Shown here: positions 18,923-28,027 of the stretch, in pieces
Numbering within the stretch: the stretch's first letter is position 1
Layout: each line of letters starts with the position of its first letter
NCBI GenBank assembly: GCA_963664115.2
Contig: CAXWPJ010000002.1
Location: 576,001 to 640,000 of the forward strand
Reading direction: 5' to 3'
Origin: Terriglobia bacterium
Lineage (GTDB): Bacteria > Acidobacteriota > Terriglobia > 20CM-2-55-15
DNA length: 64,000 nt
Notes under the pieces: model-generated
Database searches by the model: none
What the model saw: only the letters and a program-made list of their open reading frames with translations
What the model was told of the DNA's origin: nothing
Translations under genes and position numbers: made by a program

Positions 18923-20771
18923 CCCCTGAACAAGCGTGATTGACGAGGAAATGATAGTGCAATAAGAGCGGAAGTACCCGAAATGCCCCCTCTCCGTGCG
19001 AAAAAAACCTTGAACAGATTCTTCGGAAAAGGAGGCATTTCAGATGAACGATTATACGCGCAAGAACATGAGGAACCGCAAGCGGCGAATCGAACGTCGG
19101 CTTGGGGACCGGCATTGGACGGATCAGGTAGAGCCGATGTTTTCGGCGAGCAACATTCAGTACGAGATGGGAGAGCGGACGCGGGGCACATCGGTTGGTG
19201 GTATCGGGACGATGCAACTGGTGGCGCGGCGGACCGGGCTGATCGAAGCCATCGACAAGGGCGTGCATGTGTTGAAGCGGCACCTGCCGTATCACGAGTC
19301 GGATCACGTGCTGAACATCGCCTACAACGCCTTGAGCGGAGGAACGTGCCTGGAAGACATCGAACTGCGGCGCAACGATGCGGTGTATCTGGATGCGCTG
19401 GGAGCGCAACGGATTCCGGATCCGACGACGGCGGGAGACTTCTGCCGGAGATTCGAGGCCGACGACGTGGAGTGTCTGATGGAGGCAACCAATCAAGTCC
19501 GGCTCGGAGTCTGGCGACAGCAACCGGCGGCGTTTTTCGAAGAAGCGGTGTTGGACGCGGACGGGACACTGGCCGAAACCACGGGGGAATGCAAGCAAGG
19601 GATGGACGTGGCCTACGACGGGACGTGGGGATATCACCCGCTGATGATCTCGCTGGCCAACACCGCCGAACCGCTGTATCTGGTCAATCGTAGCGGCAAC
19701 CGGCCGTCGCATGAAGGAGCCGCGGTCCGGTTCGACCAAGCCATCGCATTGTGCCGGCATGCGGGGTTTCGCCAGATCCTGCTGCGCGGGGACACGGACT
19801 TCAGCCAGACCCGGCATCTGGACGGATGGGACGACCAGCAGGTGGGTTTCATATTCGGGATTGACGCGATGGCGAACCTGAAGGCCCGGGCCGATGAACT
19901 GGAGCCGCGCCAGTGGAAGCGCCTGGAACGGCCCGCGAAATACGACGTGGCGACCGAACCGCGCCAACGTCCCGACAACGTGAAGGAAGAGATCGTTCGG
20001 CAGCGCGGTTTCGACAATATCCGCTTGCAGGGTGAGGATGTGGCCGAGTTTCGGTATCGACCCGGAGCCTGCGATCGGGACTACCGTGTCGTCGTGGTGC
20101 GGAAGAATCTGTCGGTGGCCAAAGGAGAGCAGGTGTTGTTTGACGACATCCGGTACTTCTTCTACATTACCAACCGTTCGGATCCGGCCGACCAGATTGT
20201 GATGCGTGCCAATCAACGGTGCAATCAGGAGAATCTCATTGAGCAGTTGAAGAACGGCGTTCAGGCGTTGCGGATGCCGGTCGGAGATCAGACCAGCAAC
20301 TGGGCCTACATGGTGATCGCGTCACTGGCCTGGACACTGAAAGCGTGGTTTGCATTGCTGCTTCCCGAAACCGGACGTTGGGGCCAAAAATATCAGGCTG
20401 AGAAGCAAACCGTGCTGCGCATGGAGTTCAAAACCTTCTTGAACGCTTTCATGCTTGTGCCGTGCCAACTCGTGCGCACCGGGCGGCGCATTCTGTTCCG
20501 GATCCTGGCCTGGAACCGGTGGTTGCCGGTCTTGTTCCGCGGGGTGGATGTGTTGCGTCAGCCTCTGCGATGTTGACCCGATCATGACTCTGAGCCCGGG
20601 CGATCGAGGTCCCGGTTTCTGTCAACCGTCCAACACCAGCGAGGCTGAACTGAAACAGATTCAACAGAAACTCGATACCTGGAACAGGCCATCCGGGAAC
20701 GGGATTCTATGCCTCGAATTCTATCGGCGCGAACTGGGCCTCGGCGGACTGGTTATGCGCTTGTTTTGGGA
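18923..20771 (+). mobile_element. IS1380-family insertion sequence
   Basis: Imperfect terminal IRs CCCCTGAACAAGCG / CGCTTGTTTTGGGA (11/14), flanked by CTAG at 18919-18922 and 20772-20775; contains the transposase. Confidence 0.85.
19044..20576 (+). CDS. IS1380 family DDE transposase
   Basis: IPDPTTAGDFCRRF, LDADGT, GYHPL, LRGDTDF, NQRCNQENLIEQLK; SD AAAGGAGG. Confidence 0.93.
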   Translation: MNDYTRKNMRNRKRRIERRLGDRHWTDQVEPMFSASNIQYEMGERTRGTSVGGIGTMQLVARRTGLIEAIDKGVHVLKRHLPYHESDHVLNIAYNALSGGTCLEDIELRRNDAVYLDALGAQRIPDPTTAGDFCRRFEADDVECLMEATNQVRLGVWRQQPAAFFEEAVLDADGTLAETTGECKQGMDVAYDGTWGYHPLMISLANTAEPLYLVNRSGNRPSHEGAAVRFDQAIALCRHAGFRQILLRGDTDFSQTRHLDGWDDQQVGFIFGIDAMANLKARADELEPRQWKRLERPAKYDVATEPRQRPDNVKEEIVRQRGFDNIRLQGEDVAEFRYRPGACDRDYRVVVVRKNLSVAKGEQVLFDDIRYFFYITNRSDPADQIVMRANQRCNQENLIEQLKNGVQALRMPVGDQTSNWAYMVIASLAWTLKAWFALLLPETGRWGQKYQAEKQTVLRMEFKTFLNAFMLVPCQLVRTGRRILFRILAWNRWLPVLFRGVDVLRQPLRC

Positions 20772-20810
20772 CTAGCTAGAACCTGCGTTGCTGCCAGGGG
20801 TAGTGCCGCC

Positions 20811-21066
20811 GGGGACAGAGCCCTCTGGCGCCATTTTTCGAGTGTCCAAACCTAAGCGCCATGGCCGTTGGAAAAATGGGGCCTGAGTGCTCTGTCCCCT
20901 TACTGCGGGGAGCAGAAATGGTACGTGAGCGGGGAGCAGAAATTGGGCCTGAGTGCTCTGTCCCCTTACTGCGGGGAGCAGAAGTGGTATGTGTGCGGGG
21001 AGCAGAAATCGGGCTTGTGTCCCCTTTCTGCGGGGAGCAGAAATGGCACCTGAGTGCTCGGTCCCC
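20811..21066. repeat. Composite tandem repeat patch (about 66-bp period) of REP-like motifs
   Basis: GCGGGGAGCAGAA at 20905, 20929, 20971, 20995, 21030; CTGAGTGCTCTGTCCCC-like motif four times; inverted partner GGGGACAGAGC at 20811. Confidence 0.85.
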
Positions 21067-21288
21067 CTACTTGGCCTTTACACTCGACTGAAAGCCGGCA
21101 TCCTTGTGGGATCCGTCGCAGAACGGTTTGTTGGCCGATGCACCGCAACGGCAGAGCGAAACAGCGGGACGCCCGGTGAGGTCAAATTCTTGACCCTCCG
21201 CATCTTTCAGGGCAAAACTGCCCGAGACTCTCAGTGGTCCATTGTCGATTGCGACGATGTTGGTTGTTTCGCCGGTTGATTCGCCCAT
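21067..21288 (-). CDS. CDGSH iron-sulfur domain protein
   Basis: NGPLRVSG, LCRCGASANKPFCDGSH. Confidence 0.95.
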   Translation of the reverse strand: MGESTGETTNIVAIDNGPLRVSGSFALKDAEGQEFDLTGRPAVSLCRCGASANKPFCDGSHKDAGFQSSVKAK

Positions 21289-21392
21289 TCAGGTGATCCT
21301 TCTTCTCTTTTGATCGATTGTAATCCCTTGAAAATACATTACTAAGCGGCTGTGTTCCAGCCAGAGCCCGCTTACTCTACCACATATAGACA

Positions 21393-21420
21393 TTGTCTCG
21401 GATCAGCCTGGTGGTATAAT
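21393..21420 (+). promoter_or_regulatory. Sigma70-type promoter upstream of the DksA/TraR-like gene
   Basis: TTGTCT-N16-TATAAT with extended -10 TGG. Confidence 0.6.
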
Positions 21421-21628
21421 CCCGCGCTCTGCTTGTCGTTTCGGAAAAAATTTGGAGGAGCCGGACTTCGGGCTGAAACGAAACGGGGTCAAGCAACGTC
21501 TATTAGATGTTCACATTGCTTGAAGTGGCCCCCGAATTGCCTACATTTGAAAAGGGAGAGCACATCCCGAAAGCCAACTGGACTTTTACGAAGGATAGGT
21601 CCAGGGAAGCAGGTCCAAGGAGGAGAAG

Positions 21629-22024
21629 ATGGACAAGAGAAAACTAGGGCGACTCCAGAAGGCGCTGTCTGACGAGCGCGAGACCCTGGTACGGACAATG
21701 AACCGGAATCGTGTGGCTGAAGAAGAAATTCTTGTTGAGAAGACGGAAGATGAGGGCGACCTCGCCCTGATCAACCACAACAAGGAACTCCGCTACAATC
21801 TTCACGAATCGGATTTTCGCCGACTGACGGCGATCGAGGATGCGCTCAAGCGCATTCAGCGGGAAGAGTACGGCGTGTGCACGGAGTGTGAGCAAGACAT
21901 TAACGAAAAGAGACTCGTCGCGGTCCCGTGGGCGATGACGTGTATCGCCTGCCAGGAAGAGGTCGAGCGGGAAGATGCCTCAGAGACCACGATGGCGGGC
22001 GTGACGCGTCAATCCCGAAGCTAG
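21629..22024 (+). CDS. DksA/TraR family C4 zinc-finger protein
   Basis: DEGDLA (DxxDxA), IEDALKRI..EEYGVCTEC...RLVAVPWAMTCIAC; SD AAGGAGG. Confidence 0.93.
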   Translation: MDKRKLGRLQKALSDERETLVRTMNRNRVAEEEILVEKTEDEGDLALINHNKELRYNLHESDFRRLTAIEDALKRIQREEYGVCTECEQDINEKRLVAVPWAMTCIACQEEVEREDASETTMAGVTRQSRS

Positions 22025-22036
22025 ACCACCCCCTAC

Positions 22037-22759
22037 CTATCGTATCAACATTTGGGCGATCAGAAAGAGACCGACCCCGGCGAACACAACGAATGCCAGT
22101 TTCACGCCGGGTTCGCGATTAACCTCCGGCATCAGGTCCGAGGCGGCCACGTAAAGCGTGGCGCCAGCGGATATAGGAAGCGCATAGGACGGCGAACTGC
22201 CGGTTGACAAGACCGCGACAACCCCACCTACAGTTGAGACACCCAGTAGCACAGCGGCGTTAAGAGATTGTCGTCCGGAAAAACCCGAACTCAGCGCTAT
22301 CGAGGAGACGGTGAAACCGTCGGGAATCTTGTGAATCAGCACTGCAAAAAAGACCAATAAACCTGTTCGCGTGGATATTTGAAAGCCCGCCCCGATCGCC
22401 ACGCCGTCGAAGAAAGTGTGAACGAGAAGACCGACTAATGCAGATAGACCGACAGAGCGGTTGACCATCTCTTCGTGGTGTGTTTCCTCACCGAAATGCA
22501 GGTGAGAAGCGATGGTGTGTTCGAAGGCGTGGACGATTAGGTATCCCGCAAGAACCCACATCGGTGCGTCGTCGACGATTGCCAGACTTTCGGGCAACAT
22601 CTCGAGAAATACGGCGCCCAGCATGAACCCCGATCCCAGGGCAATGAAGTAACGTAAGCTCGACCGTGCCCAGCGGTGCGTTGTCACCATCGCTCCACCG
22701 AGCACGTTCGTGCCGGCGGCGACGACGGCCAGTAATAGCGGTAGCAGGTATGAGGGCAT
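22037..22759 (-). CDS. ZIP family metal (Zn/Fe) transporter
   Basis: Multiple TM helices, HLHFGEETHH loop, HTFFDG, HKIPDG, SDLMPE. Confidence 0.92.
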   Translation of the reverse strand: MPSYLLPLLLAVVAAGTNVLGGAMVTTHRWARSSLRYFIALGSGFMLGAVFLEMLPESLAIVDDAPMWVLAGYLIVHAFEHTIASHLHFGEETHHEEMVNRSVGLSALVGLLVHTFFDGVAIGAGFQISTRTGLLVFFAVLIHKIPDGFTVSSIALSSGFSGRQSLNAAVLLGVSTVGGVVAVLSTGSSPSYALPISAGATLYVAASDLMPEVNREPGVKLAFVVFAGVGLFLIAQMLIR

Positions 22760-22788
22760 TTGACCTTGAATCAGTTGAAAGTGATGAG

Positions 22789-22835
22789 TTAAGAGCTGAA
22801 ATTTTGGGGGCGCCTCTTAAACTCTTAGCTCTTAA
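22789..22835. repeat. Heptamer-based short inverted repeat
   Basis: TTAAGAGCT ... AGCTCTTAA with (A/G)CTCTTA 7-mers between ychF and the ZIP gene. Confidence 0.55.
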
Positions 22836-22841
22836 GTTACT

Positions 22842-23906
22842 TCATCCACTGTGTCTGACGTTCACGATGTCGCCGTCCTGGACCTCGTATCCTTTGCCTT
22901 CGAGCCGCAACAGTCCTTTATCCCTCAGAGGTCCAAAACCGGGGTGCTCCCTGAAGTCGGCAAAATGTGCGACCTCTGCTCGAATGAAATGCTTTTCAAG
23001 GTCCGTGTGAATGACACCCGCCGCTTTCTGGGCCGTTGTGCCCTTTCGGATCGTCCATGCCCGACACTCATCTTCGCCCACGGTTAAGAAAGAGATGAGC
23101 CCAAGCAAGTGATAGGTCGAGCGGATCAATCGGACCATCCCTGTTTCCGTCAGGCCATAGTCTTCAAGGAAGCTGTCGAGATCCTCGGGCGGGAGTTCTG
23201 TCATCTCGGCTTCCAATTTTCCGCAGATATAGACTCTTTCCGTATTGGGCGGTGAGTCTTTTGCCGGGTCCTGGCTCAGTTCCCCGATCTGATCTTCTCC
23301 ACGGTTAATGGCATAGATCATAGGCTTCTCGGAAAGGAACGCGAAACCTCGCATGCGTTTGCGGTCCGTCTCGGGTATGTCCATCTCGCGCAACGGGTGC
23401 TCGGATTCGAGCCAATTTTGGGCCTGAACAAGAAAATCGCGTTCGCGTTCCAATTCTGCGTCTTTCAGCTTCTTGAGATCCTTGTTGAGCCGTTCAAGCC
23501 GTTTTTCAACCGACGCGAGATCGGCAAGTATCAATTCGGCATCGAAGTTTCGGATGTCGCGCTCGGGGTCGATGGAGCTTTCGGAATGGGGGACGGCCGC
23601 GTCATCAAAAGCCCGGACCACATGAACCATGGCGTCGACGTCCCGAACAGGATCCAGAGCCAGGTCCCTGCCTTTACCGCGCACAAGTCCAGCGACATCA
23701 ACGAATTCCACCGTTGCGTAAGTCACCTTAAGCGGTTCAAACACGGATGCCAGGAAAGCCACTCTCTCGTCCGGCACCTGGACGACACCTACGTTCGGCT
23801 GTGATTTGCGGCCTCTTTTTGAGACCACATCGATGGCCGCTCGAGTCAGGATTCTGAAAATTGTTGTTTTGCCGGCCTGGGGGAGACCGACGATTCCGGC
23901 TTTCAT
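22842..23906 (-). CDS. ychF: Redox-regulated ATPase YchF
   Basis: GIVGLPQAGKTT, VPDER, DVAGLV, AAGVIHTD, FIRAEV, EGKGYEVQDGD. Confidence 0.93.
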   Translation of the reverse strand: MKAGIVGLPQAGKTTIFRILTRAAIDVVSKRGRKSQPNVGVVQVPDERVAFLASVFEPLKVTYATVEFVDVAGLVRGKGRDLALDPVRDVDAMVHVVRAFDDAAVPHSESSIDPERDIRNFDAELILADLASVEKRLERLNKDLKKLKDAELERERDFLVQAQNWLESEHPLREMDIPETDRKRMRGFAFLSEKPMIYAINRGEDQIGELSQDPAKDSPPNTERVYICGKLEAEMTELPPEDLDSFLEDYGLTETGMVRLIRSTYHLLGLISFLTVGEDECRAWTIRKGTTAQKAAGVIHTDLEKHFIRAEVAHFADFREHPGFGPLRDKGLLRLEGKGYEVQDGDIVNVRHSG

Positions 23907-23988
23907 TGGGAGGGTCTCAAAATAGCCGTTGTGCTGTGTCGCTGCATGGGTAAGTGAAACCTTAGCATATATTTCCGCAATTTTTAGG

Positions 23989-24044
23989 TTGACAGGCTCT
24001 GGACCTGTAAGTAGATTGATGTGGACAGAAGTGGTCCAAAGTAG
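23989..24044 (+). promoter_or_regulatory. dcw operon promoter with MraZ-type operator boxes
   Basis: TTGACA-N17-TAGATT (23989-24017) followed by GTGG/GTGG/GTAG at 10-bp spacing (24021, 24031, 24041). Confidence 0.8.
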
Positions 24045-24064
24045 TCTATATAGGACTCAACGCT

Positions 24065-24496
24065 ATGCTTCGTGGCAATCAACCAGCAAGAATCGACGAA
24101 AAAGGCAGATTGAAGATTCCAACTGTCTTCCGCGGAGACATAGAAGATTCCTGGGGCAGCGATTTCTACGTCACCAGCATCACCGGTCAATCCGTCCGAG
24201 TTTATCCCTTATCTGTCTGGCAAGAAATAGAAGAACGACTCACCAATCTTCCTGCCTTTAACCCTACCAAAAAAAGATTTCTGGACCGAACGAACTACTA
24301 CGGCCAGTTATCCTCCATGGACAAACAAGGGCGGATTCTCATTGCTCCCCATTTGCGGGAGTCGGCTGACATGACGGGCGAAGTCGCTGTCTTGGGATAT
24401 TTGAATTATCTGGAGGTGTGGAACGACACCAGATATCTGAAACGGCTTGAGGATGAGCCGTTTACCGACGAAGACGAGGAGCAGTTGGGAATATAA
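24065..24496 (+). CDS. mraZ: Division/cell wall cluster repressor MraZ
   Basis: IDEKGRLKIP and MDKQGRILI repeats, LEVW. Confidence 0.95.
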   Translation: MLRGNQPARIDEKGRLKIPTVFRGDIEDSWGSDFYVTSITGQSVRVYPLSVWQEIEERLTNLPAFNPTKKRFLDRTNYYGQLSSMDKQGRILIAPHLRESADMTGEVAVLGYLNYLEVWNDTRYLKRLEDEPFTDEDEEQLGI

Positions 24497-24508
24497 CCGT
24501 GCCAAATC

Positions 24509-25369
24509 ATGCATCCCCATACGCCGGTCCTGCTCGAAGAAGTTTTGCATTATCTGAACCCCCAATCGGGGGGGCACTTTATAGACGCCACACTGGGCGC
24601 GGGCGGTCATGCTGCGGCGATTCTCGAACGTACCGCTCCGGGTGGACGATTGTTGGCTATCGATCACGATGCGGATGCACTGGCAGTGGCCCGCGAAACG
24701 CTGACTGCGCACGAGTCGAGAACGATATTCGTTCAGGCCAATTTCAGCGAGATCGCTGACGTCGCCGCCTCGGAAGGCTTTCCGGAGGCGGATGGAGTGT
24801 TGGCTGATCTTGGAGTTTCCTCAATGATGCTCGATCAAGCAGAGCGCGGATTTTCTTTCCAATCGGATGGTCCGCTCGATATGAGGATGGATCAACGTCA
24901 GCAAGTGACAGCTGCTGACATCGTCAACCACACCAAGGAACGAGAACTGGCCGACATTATTTACCAGCTGGGAGAAGAGCGAAGGTCGCGTCCCCTGGCC
25001 CGGGCCATTCTCCGGTCGCGGCCACACCATACCACCCGTGATCTGGTCCGAGCGATTGAATCAGTCAGCGGTAAGCCCCGCTACGGACGGATTCATCCAG
25101 CGACTCGGACCTTCATGGCCCTACGCCTGGCTGTGAACCATGAGTTGGAAAACCTGGAAACATTCTTAAACGTTGCTCCTGACCTCTTGAAGAAAGGCGG
25201 GCGCATGGTCGTGATCAGTTTTCATTCACTCGAGGATAGGATCGTGAAGCACCGGATGAGGGCGCAGGGCGGCGTCCTTACCAAGAAGGTGATTCGGGCC
25301 CAAGACGCCGAACGCGATCGAAACCCGCGTGCACGCAGTGCCAAGTTACGCGCCGTGGAGAGAAACTAA
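24509..25369 (+). CDS. rsmH: 16S rRNA m4C1402 methyltransferase
   Basis: HTPVLLEE, DATLGAGGH, DLGVSS, PLDMRM, SFHSLEDR, NPRARSAKLR. Confidence 0.97.
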   Translation: MHPHTPVLLEEVLHYLNPQSGGHFIDATLGAGGHAAAILERTAPGGRLLAIDHDADALAVARETLTAHESRTIFVQANFSEIADVAASEGFPEADGVLADLGVSSMMLDQAERGFSFQSDGPLDMRMDQRQQVTAADIVNHTKERELADIIYQLGEERRSRPLARAILRSRPHHTTRDLVRAIESVSGKPRYGRIHPATRTFMALRLAVNHELENLETFLNVAPDLLKKGGRMVVISFHSLEDRIVKHRMRAQGGVLTKKVIRAQDAERDRNPRARSAKLRAVERN

Positions 25370-25785
25370 TGTCCACCATCGATATCCACTTCGACAAGAA
25401 GATCGACAACTCCCGCATAGTTCGAGAGCCCGACGCACGGTGCCGCCGTGAGTACATGTGCCTGACTCTGCTGGGTGCGATGTTTGTCCTGGGGATACTG
25501 TTCTATGCCTGGCAGCAGTATCAATGGATACAGTATGGGTATCGGATTGAAGAGTCGCACCGGCAGATTGAAGAACTTGCCGAGGTGGGACGTCAGCTTC
25601 GTGTCGAGCGTGCGACGCTGGCCAATCCTCAAAGAATCGACTCGATTGCCCGGACAGAATTGGGAATGGTAGGACCGGGGGCCGGTCAGATCGTGGTGGT
25701 CGAAACAGATTTCGGCTCCACCGACCGGGCTGAGCCTGTCGAAACCTTGTTGGCTCGAAGAGAATTTGCTGGCAATACCCGCTGA
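25369..25785 (+). CDS. ftsL: Cell division protein FtsL
   Basis: Single TM, coiled coil, RIDSIARTELGM; position between rsmH and the PBP gene. Confidence 0.85.
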   Translation: MSTIDIHFDKKIDNSRIVREPDARCRREYMCLTLLGAMFVLGILFYAWQQYQWIQYGYRIEESHRQIEELAEVGRQLRVERATLANPQRIDSIARTELGMVGPGAGQIVVVETDFGSTDRAEPVETLLARREFAGNTR

Positions 25786-25879
25786 GTGGCCAGTGGCCCC
25801 GACCGGTTGTGCCGCAGCTTGCTAAACATTTGAGAGTGGGGAGAAACGTCCCTTCGATCTTCCTGATGAACGGAGTGCA

Positions 25880-27937
25880 ATGGGAGTAGGAGGCGCTGCA
25901 ATTCACAGACGGCTCATCGCAATTGCGGTTTTGATGGGCGTTTGGGGCATTGCGATTGGCGCGCGTCTATATTCAATTCAAGTTGTCCAGTCCGAAGACT
26001 TCAGGAGTCGCGCCGAGCGCCAGCAGCAGCGTGTCCTGGAAATCAGCCCGCACAGAGGCACTATTTACGACCGCCACGGCAACGAACTTGCAGTAAGTAT
26101 CGAAGTCGACTCCCTGTATGCCGTGCCTTCAGAGGTTGACGATCCCGCGGCAACGGCTGCGATCCTTTCCGAAATACTCGAAGTTCCATCTCCGTCCCTG
26201 GAGTCCCGGCTGGATTCCGAGCGGTCCTTTACTTGGCTGGAACGAAAAGTTACAGCCAGTGAGGCCGCTCGAATCCGGGCGGAAGACATCGACGGCCTGT
26301 ATTTTCAAAAAGAGCCAAAGCGCTTCTATCCCAACCGCGAGCTCGCATCTCACGTGCTGGGATTCGTCAACATCGACGACCATGGTGGCAGCGGTGTCGA
26401 ATATCGTTACGACGCAGTAATCGGAGGTACCCCGGGCAAGCTCGTCGTGATGACTGATGCCCGTGGTCGCAGCTTCCACAGGCTTGATCAGGCTCCGACC
26501 GGTGGTGCCAGCCTGACGACGACGATCGATCGGACTATTCAATACATCGTCGAAAAAGAGATCGCGCAAGTCATCCAGGACACCGGAGCCGCAGGAATGT
26601 CCGTCATCGTCATGAACCCGGACAATGGCGAGGTTCTCGCGATGGCGAACTATCCGGAATTCAATCCCAACGAATACGGACGGTCTCCCGAGCGCAGTTG
26701 GTCCAATCGCGCCATCAGTCACGTTTATGAGCCGGGGTCGACGTTCAAGATTGCGACTGCTGCTGCCGCTTTCGAAGAGAATTTGACCGAGCTTGAGGAA
26801 TTGATCGACTGCCAGATGGGTTCCATTGTGCTTTACGGTCATCGAATCCGGGATCACCAGCCCTTCGGAGTTCTGTCGGTGCGCGAGATCATGCAGTACT
26901 CCTCCGACGTAGGCATCATCAAATTGGGTCTTCGTTTGGGTGATGAGCGCTTAGCCAGCTATATCGATCGTTTCGGATTCGGGCGGCGAACCGGCATCGA
27001 TCTCCCGGGTGAAGAACGCGGTCTGACCAAACCGGCATCGGACTGGTCCGCGGTGTCGGTGGGTGCTATTTCAATGGGGCAGGAGATCGGCACGACAGCC
27101 CTTCAGATCGTCAATCTTGTTTCGATGGTAGCCAATGGTGGCATATTGTACCGGCCCTTCGTCGTGAAGAGAGTTGATGATCCCAGGACGGGGGCAAGCG
27201 AGGAAACGCCCTCCATGGGTCACCGCGTCATGAGCCTGGAGACTGCGGCGCGACTCCAGGACGCGCTGCGGACAGTTGTCGCTGATGGAACGGCGCGGCG
27301 GGCGCAAATACCGGGTTACACGGTAGCGGGAAAAACGGGAACCGCTCAGAAATTCGATCCGGAAACCGGCACCTACTCCCTCACCAAACACGTCGCGTCT
27401 TTTGCGGGCTATGCCCCGGCCGTCAATCCAAGGATTTCGGCTATCGTCGTCATCGACGAACCCCAGGGTCCCGATGGTGGTGGTGAGGTCGCCGCCCCCG
27501 TGTTCAAACGCATAGTCGAGCAAATCCTTCGATATGAGTCAGTACCCACGGATTCCCCTGAGGACGGGCCCGGGTATACGGAAGAAAACGAAAATCCCGC
27601 TCCCCCGGGTCCGAGAGCCCTTCCCCCCAGCGATGTTATTGGGAACCAGTGGGACGTCGTCGATGCCTCCCTTGAGGAGGATTCCGGTTTTCCGGCTGCA
27701 TTGCCTGAGCAAGACGCACCGCATCAATACACTCCGGTTGGCATCCCTGTTCCTGCTTTCTACGGAAAATCACTGCGACAGGTGGCCGACCTCAGTCTGC
27801 GGCTGGGGCTGCGACTGCAATTGAGCGGCTCCGGCATAGCGGTGGCGCAGAATCCAGGACCAGGGACGCCCGTTCCGGCAGGTACTCGCATTCAGGTTCA
27901 GTTCTCCACGACTCGTGGCGCGGCCACCAGTCCGTAG
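25880..27937 (+). CDS. ftsI: Class B penicillin-binding protein (FtsI/PBP3) with C-terminal PASTA-like domain
   Basis: RGTIYDR, EPGSTFK (SxxK), SSD (SxN variant), GKTGTAQK. Confidence 0.92.
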   Translation: MGVGGAAIHRRLIAIAVLMGVWGIAIGARLYSIQVVQSEDFRSRAERQQQRVLEISPHRGTIYDRHGNELAVSIEVDSLYAVPSEVDDPAATAAILSEILEVPSPSLESRLDSERSFTWLERKVTASEAARIRAEDIDGLYFQKEPKRFYPNRELASHVLGFVNIDDHGGSGVEYRYDAVIGGTPGKLVVMTDARGRSFHRLDQAPTGGASLTTTIDRTIQYIVEKEIAQVIQDTGAAGMSVIVMNPDNGEVLAMANYPEFNPNEYGRSPERSWSNRAISHVYEPGSTFKIATAAAAFEENLTELEELIDCQMGSIVLYGHRIRDHQPFGVLSVREIMQYSSDVGIIKLGLRLGDERLASYIDRFGFGRRTGIDLPGEERGLTKPASDWSAVSVGAISMGQEIGTTALQIVNLVSMVANGGILYRPFVVKRVDDPRTGASEETPSMGHRVMSLETAARLQDALRTVVADGTARRAQIPGYTVAGKTGTAQKFDPETGTYSLTKHVASFAGYAPAVNPRISAIVVIDEPQGPDGGGEVAAPVFKRIVEQILRYESVPTDSPEDGPGYTEENENPAPPGPRALPPSDVIGNQWDVVDASLEEDSGFPAALPEQDAPHQYTPVGIPVPAFYGKSLRQVADLSLRLGLRLQLSGSGIAVAQNPGPGTPVPAGTRIQVQFSTTRGAATSP

Positions 27938-28027
27938 GTCTGCTACTTGCGGTGAGGCCACTGGAGCTTTCAGGCAGGGGGAAAGTGGAGCCGGGTCAGA
28001 CCGAAACCCTTAGGCAGGGCATTCTGG

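Noticed and set aside
18903-20216. 437-aa antisense ORF over the transposase
   Set aside because: Shadow ORF typical of GC-rich coding DNA; no recognisable motifs
20861-21091. Repeat patch as CRISPR, or its 61-76 aa ORFs as genes
   Set aside because: Repeats are only 13-17 bp with repeated, not unique, spacers; the ORFs merely translate the repeat in several frames
16700-21100. Intact prophage or ICE at tRNA-Arg
   Set aside because: No integrase, replication, structural or conjugation genes; only remnants
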